DNA of 11,612 nucleotides from a virus, in the UHGV virus genome UHGV-1980575, one strand, 5' to 3'. Both the position numbers and the translations under genes were made by a program. Of this stretch, positions 1 through 6,826 are shown piece after piece. The first letter of the stretch is position 1, and every line of letters starts with the position of its first letter. The notes below the pieces were generated by a model. The model had not been told where the DNA came from, did not search any database, and was given only the letters and a program-made list of their open reading frames with translations.

Positions 1-1377
1 TCATACGTCAGCCCCTTGTGCATATCGTCTGCCACGCGCAGCAGGTGCATTTGATGCTGTGCAAATCTGTCTGGCTTCGTCTTGGTCACATGCAACAAAG
101 TGTCCGTTGCAGAATCGCTGGTAAACCGTACCAAGCGAGCCAAAACGGTTTTTCGTCACGATGATTTCAGCAAATGGCGCGGCGCTACTGTTCTCGTCAT
201 ATACCGCTTCCCGATAGAGCATGATGATTGAGTCTGCGTCCTGTTCAATGCTTCCTGAATCACGCAAATCTGCGTTTGTCGGGCGTTTGTTTGGTCGCTT
301 CTCAACATCGCGCGAAAGCTGACTCAGGGAGATAACAGGCGTTTTCAGGTCTTTCGCCATCGCCTTAAGGCTTCCTGAGATGTGAGCAATTGCGAGGTCG
401 TTACGGTCTGCTTTCGGCTTCTCAATCAGGCCAAGATAATCCGCCATGATTAGTGACAGGTTTGGATTTTCCTGTTTATGCCGTTCTGCGATTGAGCGTA
501 TTTCTTCGACCGATAACCGCGAGGCATCGACTACCCATACATCCAAATCTGCAAGCTGACTCATGCCGTTAGCAACACGCGCCCAGCCTTCGTCATCCAT
601 CGATGCAGGATTTCGCAGCACGCTAACCGACATCCTCCCGGCGTTGGCAATGCTCCGCTCTGCAATCTGCAATGCGCTCATTTCCATCGAAAAAATCAAC
701 ACTCCGCGCCGGACGTCAGAACCAGGAATAACGCGGCTTGCAACGCCTTCGGCAATCTTCAGCGCCAGTTCGGTTTTCCCCATACCAGGACGAGCGGCGA
801 TTATCACCAGGTCTTCCGCGTTCATCCCTCCGGTGATAGCGTCAAGTTCTTCGATTCCGGTCTTCAGGGTATCGGACTCTTCTCCGTTCCTCAGACGCCT
901 GTCAAGCGTGTCAGTGTAGTCAGTTATGATTTCCCCTAACCGTACAGGTTTAACCTCGTCACGGGGCTTTCTGATGGCTGAAAGACGCTTTACAAGTTCA
1001 TCCATCGCCTGACTCGATGCGTCGATGGTTCCGCTCTGAATTGGTTCACGCATTTCATCCATGATTTCCAGCACCAGACGGCGGTGATAGTTATCCGCGA
1101 CCATTCCGGCATATCCCTTCAGGTTTGCGGAACTCGGGCAGTTTTTGCTGGTCATCAGGATTGACGTGAAATGCTCCTCTCCGCATTCCTCAGCAACCAT
1201 CAGCGCGTCGATTAGGTTTCTGTTTCGCGCCTGCTTGCGGATAACCTCGAAGGCTTTCCGGTAGAGCGGAATTGAAAACGCCTCCGGCTCCAGCGTTGCC
1301 AGAACGTCGCTGGCAGTTGGCGTTAATCCACCAATCAGCAGGCCACCGATAACGCTCGCTTCGATATCCTGTCTCAT
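1..1377 (-). CDS. DnaB-family replicative helicase, phage-encoded (P22 gene 12-like)
   Basis: 458-aa ORF with Walker A-like ARPGMGKTE and typical DnaB C-terminal domain. Its start overlaps the O-like stop (ATGA at 1374-1377); its stop codon is bases 1-3 of the window. Confidence 0.85.
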   Translation of the reverse strand: MRQDIEASVIGGLLIGGLTPTASDVLATLEPEAFSIPLYRKAFEVIRKQARNRNLIDALMVAEECGEEHFTSILMTSKNCPSSANLKGYAGMVADNYHRRLVLEIMDEMREPIQSGTIDASSQAMDELVKRLSAIRKPRDEVKPVRLGEIITDYTDTLDRRLRNGEESDTLKTGIEELDAITGGMNAEDLVIIAARPGMGKTELALKIAEGVASRVIPGSDVRRGVLIFSMEMSALQIAERSIANAGRMSVSVLRNPASMDDEGWARVANGMSQLADLDVWVVDASRLSVEEIRSIAERHKQENPNLSLIMADYLGLIEKPKADRNDLAIAHISGSLKAMAKDLKTPVISLSQLSRDVEKRPNKRPTNADLRDSGSIEQDADSIIMLYREAVYDENSSAAPFAEIIVTKNRFGSLGTVYQRFCNGHFVACDQDEARQICTASNAPAARGRRYAQGADV

Positions 1378-2204
1378 GCTATCCCCCTGTCTGCAAACTT
1401 CCCTTCCCGAACTCCCGTTAACGAATCTTCCCTCAGCAGGTAATCAAAATCTGCCGTCCAGCCCGTGTCGTTGTCTCCGAAGTAAAACGGCTTGGCCTGA
1501 TGCACAAACGCCCTGACATACGCTCTGAAACCGTCCACGTTTGGCGTTTTCAGTTGCGGGATGATTTTCTTCAGGCGGCGTTTGCGTTTCTCGTTGACCG
1601 CAACAGCGTGTGGAAGTCTGTCACCGACTTCGGTGTTGTAGGCGTTCAGGAAGGATTCGTAGTCGATTCGTTCTGCCTTGCGACGTTCAGGTTTAACCTG
1701 CCCATCGCCGCCCCCGTTAGGGGGTAAGGGGGTATTTGTATTTATTGTCTTTTGTATATTGTCTTTTGTGTTTGACTGATTCGGTAAATTGCTTTTTACC
1801 GATTTGGTGAAGGTTTGTTTTACCGAATTGGTAAATGTTTTACCGAATCCGTTAACTTTCGTTTTCCACTCGGAAATGTTTGTATTCATACCAACTTGAC
1901 GCCCCACCTGAATGAGAACTCCCATTCTGATAAGCTCGTTTTTGGCGGTAGAGCATTTGGTTGGTGCCATGCCAGTGAGTTCAGCGAACTGTTCGTTTCC
2001 GATCCAATCTATTTTTTTGTTGTAACCGTATGTCTTGCGCCACACAGCCATAACAATCAGTAACTGATGTAGAGTAAGTCCAGAAAGCATGGCGGCTTCT
2101 AACAGTGTGTTTGCAGTCCGAGTGTAGCCATCTTCGAGTTCTGCCACGCGATGCTCCACGACCTCCAGTTGAGGCCTGTAATCAGCTAACTTAACGACGC
2201 CCAT
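1374..2204 (-). CDS. Replication initiator, lambda O-like (P22 gene 18-like)
   Basis: N-terminal domain resembles lambda O ([27 protein letters not shown]). AGGAG sits 6 nt upstream of the ATG. The low-complexity linker is encoded by the iteron DNA. Confidence 0.8.
   Translation of the reverse strand: MGVVKLADYRPQLEVVEHRVAELEDGYTRTANTLLEAAMLSGLTLHQLLIVMAVWRKTYGYNKKIDWIGNEQFAELTGMAPTKCSTAKNELIRMGVLIQVGRQVGMNTNISEWKTKVNGFGKTFTNSVKQTFTKSVKSNLPNQSNTKDNIQKTINTNTPLPPNGGGDGQVKPERRKAERIDYESFLNAYNTEVGDRLPHAVAVNEKRKRRLKKIIPQLKTPNVDGFRAYVRAFVHQAKPFYFGDNDTGWTADFDYLLREDSLTGVREGKFADRGIA
1738..1856. repeat. Candidate replication origin: 20-bp-periodic iterons plus AT-rich repeat block inside the O-like gene
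   Basis: TTTTACCGATTTGGTGAA (1794-1811), TTTTACCGAATTGGTAAA (1818-1835, perfect palindrome) and TTTTACCGAATCCGTTAA (1838-1855); partial inverted copy TTCGGTAAA at 1780-1788. Adjacent AT-rich block carries ATTGTCTTTTGT twice (1744-1769). Same arrangement as lambda ori within O. Confidence 0.55.
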
Positions 2205-2352
2205 GTTTCACTCCTGCTTTGGCTAGTCTGTAAACACCAACAAGGCGCTCTGCGAACGCCCTGTTATTTGCTGCGGCTACCACTAATCCCTCAGGTGAAT
2301 CAGGGTGTCGAATCTCTTCTTTTTCCTGGTATTTCTTACGACGTTTTGTCAT
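2191..2352 (-). CDS. Small basic hypothetical protein (53 aa) between cII and the O-like gene
   Basis: Hand-translated [61 protein letters not shown] is 5 nt upstream of the ATG at 2352; the 3' end overlaps the O-like start by 14 nt. Below the 60-aa cut-off of the ORF track. Confidence 0.4.
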   Translation of the reverse strand: MTKRRKKYQEKEEIRHPDSPEGLVVAAANNRAFAERLVGVYRLAKAGVKHGRR

Positions 2353-2386
2353 AATTACTCCTGTGGATTGATCCAGTCTTTCTACA

Positions 2387-2665
2387 TCAGGCCTCGAAGA
2401 ATTCGCCGTTCTTCGGGGCTTTTTCTTTTGTCAGCATTCTGGCTACTTTCTTAGCCAGTTCCGCCAACTCCTCGTCTTCAACACCCCATTCAAGAACAGC
2501 CAGAAGCATTCCCATTTTTGGGATGAAGCTGTCTTTCCATCGCGAAATTTGCGATTCATTAATCCCTAACGCGTCGGCAACCTTTCGCTGACCACGCACA
2601 GCAATTCTATTCAGGATGTTGCTTGTAATTGCATTCGCTTTCTTGCGAGTACTTGTAAGTTCCAT
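2387..2665 (-). CDS. cII: CII transcriptional activator (92 aa)
   Basis: ESQISRWKDSFIPKMGMLLAVLEWGVEDEELAELAKKVARML closely parallels lambda CII. Start chosen at MELTSTRKK (ATG at 2663-2665) with AAGGA upstream; the longer 121-aa ORF from 2752 would overlap nutR. Confidence 0.8.
   Translation of the reverse strand: MELTSTRKKANAITSNILNRIAVRGQRKVADALGINESQISRWKDSFIPKMGMLLAVLEWGVEDEELAELAKKVARMLTKEKAPKNGEFFEA
2392..2429 (+). terminator. Intrinsic terminator on the plus strand overlapping the cII 3' end; candidate terminator of an oop-like antisense RNA
   Basis: 10-bp stem CCTCGAAGAA / TTCTTCGGGG (one G-U pair) with 7-nt loop, followed by CTTTTTCTTTT. On the minus strand the hairpin is preceded, not followed, by the T-run, so it terminates only the plus-strand transcript. 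Confidence 0.5.
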
Positions 2666-2685
2666 ATGTAAGTATTTCCTTAACA
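2640..2685 (+). promoter_or_regulatory. Candidate PRE (CII-activated promoter for repressor establishment)
   Basis: TTGC-N6-TTGT (2643-2656) resembles the lambda CII site TTGC-N6-TTGC. The adjacent CATATGTAAGTATTTCCTTA (2663-2682) matches the lambda PRE / cII start region as I recall it. Confidence 0.45.
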
Positions 2686-2716
2686 AATAAGAAGTTATGC
2701 GCATCAACTTATGCGC
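2680..2716 (-). terminator. Possible tR1-like element between nutR and cII
   Basis: On the minus-strand RNA: hairpin GCGCAU-AAGUUG-AUGCGC followed by the U-rich AUAACUUCUUAUUUGUU. Position matches lambda tR1. Weak as an intrinsic terminator. Confidence 0.3.
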
Positions 2717-2722
2717 GTTGTA

Positions 2723-2767
2723 TTCCCGCATTTCGGCGGGAATGAGGACCATGACTGTTAAAGAGCA
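2723..2767 (-). promoter_or_regulatory. nutR (boxA plus boxB) on the rightward transcript
   Basis: Minus-strand RNA reads UGCUCUUUAACA (boxA, plus coordinates 2756-2767), a 13-nt spacer, then hairpin UUCCCGC-CGAAAU-GCGGGAA (2723-2742). The identical hairpin occurs in nutL. Confidence 0.6.
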
Positions 2768-2773
2768 ATTTGC

Positions 2774-2959
2774 TTATGCCGCTTTGCGGTAAGCGCTTTC
2801 TTGATACTTCAGGGCGCCAGCTGTAACGACTTCCAGTCGATAGGCGTCTTTCTCTGGGATGACTTCCTTCCACTGAGAGACTGCTGCGTCGCTAATGCCT
2901 AACGCTTTAGCTACAGCACGCTGGGTTCCGAAGTGGTCGATAACATCTTTCTTGTACAT
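2774..2959 (-). CDS. cro: Cro repressor (61 aa), P22 Cro-like
   Basis: MYKKDVIDHFGTQRAVAKALGISDAAVSQWKEV... with HTH, recognised from memory as near-identical to P22 Cro. GGAG upstream of the ATG; divergent from cI across the operator region. Confidence 0.85.
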   Translation of the reverse strand: MYKKDVIDHFGTQRAVAKALGISDAAVSQWKEVIPEKDAYRLEVVTAGALKYQESAYRKAA

Positions 2960-2973
2960 AGACTCGCTCCGAA

Positions 2974-3039
2974 ATTAAAGAACACTTAAATTATCCACTA
3001 AAGGAATCTTAAGTCAAGTTTATTTAAGATGTCTTAACT
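2974..3039. promoter_or_regulatory. Right operator OR1-OR3 with divergent PR and PRM
   Basis: Three 18-bp imperfect palindromes: ATTAAAGAACACTTAAAT (2974-2991), ACTAAAGGAATCTTAAGT (2997-3014), ATTTAAGATGTCTTAACT (3022-3039), spaced 23 and 25 bp centre to centre. PR on the minus strand: -35 TTGACT (3012-3017), 16-bp spacer, -10 GATAAT (2990-2995). The cI ATG abuts OR3, consistent with a leaderless PRM transcript. Confidence 0.7.
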
Positions 3040-3690
3040 ATGAAAACTCAATTGATGGGAGAGCGCATTCGCGCTCGGAGAAAAGAACTCAAGATCAGGC
3101 AGGCCGCACTTGGAAAAATGGTCGGCGTGTCTAATGTTGCCATATCTCAGTGGGAACGCTCTGAGACAGAGCCAAATGGAGAGAATCTTCTCGCCCTGGC
3201 TAATGCGTTGAAGTGTTCCCCTGACTATCTGATGAAAGGAGAGGAAAGTCTTTCAAACATTGCCTATCACAGTAGGCATGATCCAAGAGGGTCATACCCT
3301 CTGATTAGCTGGGTGAGCGCAGGATGCTGGATGGAAGCTGTAGAACCATATCATAAGCGTGCAATAGATAACTGGTACGATACAACCGTAGACTGTTCAG
3401 AAGATTCGTTTTGGTTGGACGTGAAGGGAGACTCAATGACGGCTCCGGCCGGTCTCAGTATCCCTGAAGGAATGATAATACTCGTCGATCCTGAAGTAGA
3501 GCCGCGTAACGGGAAACTGGTAGTTGCAAAGCTCGAAGGAGAAAACGAGGCAACTTTCAAGAAGTTAGTTATTGATGCAGGCAGGAAGTTTCTAAAACCA
3601 CTTAACCCACAATATCCGATGATCGAGATCAACGGAAACTGCAAAATCATCGGCGTAGTTGTCGATGCAAAACTAGCAAACCTTCCATAA
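3040..3690 (+). CDS. c2: Prophage repressor CI (P22 C2-like; LexA/S24 autocleaving family)
   Basis: 216 aa with N-terminal HTH (QAALGKMVGVSNVAISQWE), Ala94-Gly95 (VSAGCW) as putative RecA-stimulated cleavage site, and a GDSM serine motif with downstream lysines. From memory near-identical to P22 C2. Confidence 0.9.
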   Translation: MKTQLMGERIRARRKELKIRQAALGKMVGVSNVAISQWERSETEPNGENLLALANALKCSPDYLMKGEESLSNIAYHSRHDPRGSYPLISWVSAGCWMEAVEPYHKRAIDNWYDTTVDCSEDSFWLDVKGDSMTAPAGLSIPEGMIILVDPEVEPRNGKLVVAKLEGENEATFKKLVIDAGRKFLKPLNPQYPMIEINGNCKIIGVVVDAKLANLP

Positions 3691-3713
3691 GGGGGCATTC
3701 GCCCCTTTTTTTA
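3691..3713 (+). terminator. Intrinsic terminator after the repressor gene
   Basis: GGGGC-ATTC-GCCCC hairpin immediately after the stop codon, followed by 7 T. Confidence 0.6.
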
Positions 3714-3755
3714 TTTCCTTTAAAAATCAAAGCCAAACTTAAGTTACGAAAGAAA

Positions 3756-3809
3756 ATTTAAGTTTTCTTCAAAAATACTCTTGACCATTAATTAAAGAGA
3801 TCTTAAATT
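3756..3809 (+). promoter_or_regulatory. Left operator and candidate PL
   Basis: 18-bp palindrome ATTAAAGAGATCTTAAAT (3791-3808) of the same family as OR1-3, plus a weaker copy ATTTAAGTTTTCTTCAAA (3756-3773). Plus-strand -35 TTGACC (3781-3786), 17-bp spacer, -10 TAAATT (3804-3809), overlapped by the operator. Confidence 0.5.
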
Positions 3810-3854
3810 TAAGCCATCAGCAGGACGCTGGAAGCCAAACGGAACAGATTGGCA

Positions 3855-3896
3855 GGCTCTTTAACATTGATGGGGTTGTCCCGCCGAAATGCGGGA
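3855..3896 (+). promoter_or_regulatory. nutL (boxA plus boxB) on the leftward transcript
   Basis: GGCTCTTTAACA (3855-3866), 12-nt spacer, hairpin TCCCGC-CGAAAT-GCGGGA (3879-3896). Same boxB and same spacing as nutR. Confidence 0.6.
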
Positions 3897-4207
3897 ACCA
3901 AAGAGTAGTTGGCTTTGGGGTGACGTGAAGTGCAGCTGCACGACGGCAACCGGAAGATAAGCACCCGGCGCGTCACCGCCAAAGTCAATTCCATGGGCGA
4001 AATGCAGCCGCCAAACACAGCCAATGCTGCACATGCAACAGGAGGATTTATGTGAATGCATAACTTCAAAACCGAGGTTAATTAAATCTCTCGATCCGAG
4101 CATCGACCTATTAGTTGGCGAGATGCTCTTTCTGCCCCTCAATTCGAGGGGCCAGAAACCACTTTGCAATCACTATCAATTCCAAAGTTGTTTCATCGGA
4201 GGTCAAC

Positions 4208-4507
4208 ATGACAGTAGTCATTACATATCTGGCTGACGATAACGCCAGAAATCGCCGCAGAGCACGCAGACAGGCTCAACGTGAACAGGCAATGCAAGAG
4301 CAGCGACTGGCGCAAAAAATTGCGCTAAAGCTCTCTGGTTGCGTCAGAGCAGACAAAGCAGCATCACTCGGAAGCCTTCGCTGCAAGAAGGCAGAAGAAG
4401 TCTATCATAAACAGAATCGTATTTACTACCGCAAGCCACGCAGTGAAATGGGTGTGACTTGTGTTGGTCGCCAGAAAATGAAATTAGGCAGCAAACCACT
4501 TATTTGA
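4208..4507 (+). CDS. N-like antitermination protein (99 aa) with N-terminal arginine-rich motif
   Basis: MTVVITYLADDNARNRRRARRQAQREQ... gives an ARM within the first 25 residues, as in lambda N. GGAGG is 5 nt upstream of the ATG at 4208. First gene downstream of PL and nutL. Confidence 0.7.
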   Translation: MTVVITYLADDNARNRRRARRQAQREQAMQEQRLAQKIALKLSGCVRADKAASLGSLRCKKAEEVYHKQNRIYYRKPRSEMGVTCVGRQKMKLGSKPLI

Positions 4508-4515
4508 GGTGAGAT

Positions 4516-4986
4516 ATGACAAAATCATGGAGCGTACCTTTTTCTGAATCAGAAACTGAACATGATGGAATGCCTGTTTTCTGGAGATTCCAGGCGACAG
4601 TTGAAGAAGATGGGATAAAAATATTCGCACTTCAATATATAGCTTTTCATCAGACAGAGCATTATGCATGGTTGGTTCCTGCGCATTGGATTGTTAATTT
4701 TAAACCAGCACCAAATCAGTGGTTACAGGAATGGAAACAAAGGAGAAATAGATATGCAATTAAGAAAGTAGCAAAAAATGCAGAAAGATCTTTTGCATTC
4801 CCAACGAAGAAACTTGCTATTGAAAGTTTATTGCGCCGGAAGAAATACCATTTAATGAGAATAAAACAAGATTTGGCTGTTGTATCAACTCTTGTTGATG
4901 GGATGAAAAATATTGATACATCAACACCAGATATTGAATATAACTTTGGACACAACCAAGAAACAGAAAATTGGGTATTTTATTAG
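4516..4986 (+). CDS. Hypothetical protein (156 aa), AT-rich orphan gene in the N-cIII accessory slot
   Basis: GAGGTGAG is 2 nt upstream of the ATG, directly after the N stop. Codon composition is visibly far more AT-rich than the flanking genes. No family recognised. Confidence 0.55.
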   Translation: MTKSWSVPFSESETEHDGMPVFWRFQATVEEDGIKIFALQYIAFHQTEHYAWLVPAHWIVNFKPAPNQWLQEWKQRRNRYAIKKVAKNAERSFAFPTKKLAIESLLRRKKYHLMRIKQDLAVVSTLVDGMKNIDTSTPDIEYNFGHNQETENWVFY

Positions 4987-5017
4987 TACGAATAAGCACT
5001 GTGTATTCATTCCAACG

Positions 5018-5129
5018 NNNNNNNNNNNNNNNNNNNNNNNNNNNNNNNNNNNNNNNNNNNNNNNNNNNNNNNNNNNNNNNNNNNNNNNNNNNNNNNNNNN
5101 NNNNNNNNNNNNNNNNNNNNNNNNNNNNN
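5018..5129. other. Assembly gap (run of 112 N)
   Basis: Literal n characters in the sequence; every ORF crossing it in the six-frame track is an artefact. Confidence 0.99.
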
Positions 5130-5178
5130 GCTTCACTTGAGGCGTTTTCGTTATGCAATCAAACAGAAGGAGCATCCT

Positions 5179-5349
5179 ATGCAACAGTTCGCTATTGCAG
5201 GGGCGGCATCGGTTCGCCCTTTCAACCCAATTTTATCGGTGCAGCATTCACGAAAAAACATTTTAACCGGAGCAGACTTTAAACAACCAAGAATGAAAAG
5301 TTTGCTCGAAAAGCTTTGGGATATTTTGAAACAACAAGGCCGTCCATGA
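5179..5349 (+). CDS. cIII: CIII-like protein (56 aa), putative FtsH inhibitor
   Basis: MQQFAIAG... N-terminus and SLLEKLWDILKQQGRP C-terminus parallel lambda CIII (MQYAIAG... RLIDILNQPGVP). AAGGAG is 6 nt upstream of the ATG at 5179. Confidence 0.65.
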   Translation: MQQFAIAGAASVRPFNPILSVQHSRKNILTGADFKQPRMKSLLEKLWDILKQQGRP

Positions 5350-5504
5350 GTTTTACAGATAACTGGTCAGACGAAGAATTCATTCGTCAGATGAAAGAAT
5401 TAATCGGCAACGAAGGAGATATTCATGTCACTTGCAACCACAGTGAAGGAGAGCAAGTTACAGAGGCGCATGTACACGCAGAAAGCTCTCTGGTATCGCC
5501 ATAA
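5346..5504 (+). CDS. Small acidic hypothetical protein (52 aa) in the position lambda kil occupies
   Basis: Start overlaps the cIII stop (ATGA at 5346-5349), suggesting translational coupling. The call rests on position alone; I do not recognise the sequence. Confidence 0.4.
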   Translation: MSFTDNWSDEEFIRQMKELIGNEGDIHVTCNHSEGEQVTEAHVHAESSLVSP

Positions 5505-5603
5505 TGGCGACCGCGAAGGAATGCGGGTATGCCTTAATTTGTCCCGAGTCGAAGTATTAAATCAGCGTTATTTCCTTGGGCCGTGTCCATTCTGAGGTGA
5601 ATT

Positions 5604-6311
5604 ATGGATTTGAACAAATTCGATGAGCCATTCAGCCCTGAAGATATCGAATGGCGAATACAGCAAAGCGGTAAAACACGCGATGGCAAGGTGTGGGCTA
5701 TGGTGCTGGCTTATGTCACGAACAGGGCAATCATGAAACGCCTGGACGATGTTTGCGGCAAAGCAGGATGGCGCAATGAATACCGCGATATTCCCAACAA
5801 CGGCGGAGTTGAATGCGGCATATCAATCAAGATTGATTCCGAATGGGTAACCAAATGGGATGCTGCTGAAAACACGCAGGTAGAAGCCGTCAAAGGTGGT
5901 CGTTCCGGTGCAATGAAGCGTGCTGCCGTTCAGTGGGGAATCGGTCGGTATCTGTATAACCTTGAGGAAGGTTTCGCACAAACATCTCTCGATAAAAAGC
6001 AGGGATGGCACAGGGCAAAACTGAAAGATGGAACAGGATTTTACTGGTCCCCTCCATCGCTGCCGGGATGGGCAATGCCAGCATCTGGCAATCAACCATC
6101 ACCAGAAAATACCAACCAGAAATCTCCATCGGTTGACTGCGAACAAATCCTGAAAGACTTCAGTGATTATGCTTCGACAGAAACTGACAAGAAAAAACTC
6201 ATAGAACGTTATCAGCATGACTGGCAATTAATGGCTGGCAATGAGGATGCGCAGGCTAAATGCGTTCAGGTAATGAACATCAGAGTTAACGAACTAAAAC
6301 AGGCGGCATAA
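5604..6311 (+). CDS. Single-strand annealing recombinase (Rad52/Erf-like superfamily)
   Basis: 235 aa; the N-terminal core (YVTNRAIMKRLDDVCGKAGWRNEY, GVECGISI) resembles Rad52-fold annealing proteins. Sits in the bet/erf position immediately upstream of ssb. GAGGTG upstream of the ATG. Confidence 0.65.
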   Translation: MDLNKFDEPFSPEDIEWRIQQSGKTRDGKVWAMVLAYVTNRAIMKRLDDVCGKAGWRNEYRDIPNNGGVECGISIKIDSEWVTKWDAAENTQVEAVKGGRSGAMKRAAVQWGIGRYLYNLEEGFAQTSLDKKQGWHRAKLKDGTGFYWSPPSLPGWAMPASGNQPSPENTNQKSPSVDCEQILKDFSDYASTETDKKKLIERYQHDWQLMAGNEDAQAKCVQVMNIRVNELKQAA

Positions 6312-6818
6312 ATGGCAAGCAGAGGCGTAAATAAGGTGATTATCCTTGGTCGGGTAGGACAAGACCCGGAAGTTCGATACTCACCATCAGGAACAGCGTT
6401 CGCTAACCTGACAATAGCCACGTCAGAACAATGGCGAGATAAAAATACTGGCGAGCAAAAGGAATTGACTGAATGGCATCGTGTTGCTGTATCCGGGAAA
6501 CTGGCTGAGGTCGTGGGGCAGTATGTGAAAAAAGGTGATCAGATTTATTTCGAGGGAATGCTGAGAACCAGAAAGTGGAAAGACCAGTCAGGACAAGACC
6601 GTTACACAACCGAGGTTCATGTCGGAATTAATGGCGTGATGCAAATGCTTGGCGGCATTGGCGACAGCAAACAACAAGCAGCCAGCAGGCAATCACAGAA
6701 GCCACAGCAGCAATCATCACCAGCACAACACAACGAACCTCCGATGGATTTTGACGACGATATACCCTTTGCACCAGTAACTCTCCCCTTCCCTCGTCAC
6801 GCTATTCACGCAATTTAA
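6312..6818 (+). CDS. ssb: Single-stranded DNA-binding protein with a 15-aa C-terminal extension
   Basis: OB-fold N-terminus ([37 protein letters not shown]), Gln/Pro-rich linker and the acidic motif [11 protein letters not shown], followed by [15 protein letters not shown] before the stop. The ATG directly follows the SSAP stop (TAAATG). Confidence 0.9.
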   Translation: MASRGVNKVIILGRVGQDPEVRYSPSGTAFANLTIATSEQWRDKNTGEQKELTEWHRVAVSGKLAEVVGQYVKKGDQIYFEGMLRTRKWKDQSGQDRYTTEVHVGINGVMQMLGGIGDSKQQAASRQSQKPQQQSSPAQHNEPPMDFDDDIPFAPVTLPFPRHAIHAI

Positions 6819-6826
6819 GGACTTAC

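Noticed and set aside
563-2063. Plus-strand ORFs 563..919, 1500..1727 and 1815..2063
   Set aside because: They are antisense within the well-supported helicase and O-like genes, have no RBS, and the last lies over the iteron repeats.
2387-2752. 121-aa version of cII starting at the ATG at 2750-2752
   Set aside because: The extension would be translated across nutR boxA/boxB and the tR1-like hairpin. The internal start at 2665 has an SD and gives a CII-sized protein matching lambda CII.
3351-4236. ORFs 3351..3698 (-), 3809..4069 (-), 3861..4169 (-) and 4024..4236 (+)
   Set aside because: The first is antisense to the repressor gene. The others lie in the PL-nutL-N leader, are antisense or out of frame to the regulatory elements, and lack RBS.
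4115-4507. 130-aa version of the N-like ORF starting at 4115
   Set aside because: It has no SD, would bury the arginine-rich motif 35 residues in, and overlaps the boxA-like hairpin. The 4208 start has GGAGG and places the ARM at the N-terminus.
4817-5282. Four ORFs in the track whose translations contain runs of X (4817..5158, 4913..5140, 4921..5184, 4971..5282)
   Set aside because: They read through the N run; they are gap artefacts.
5504-5560. 18-codon ORF (MATAKECGYALICPESKY) with TAATG overlap after the kil-position gene
   Set aside because: Too short and without support; could be a coupled micro-ORF but I cannot substantiate it.
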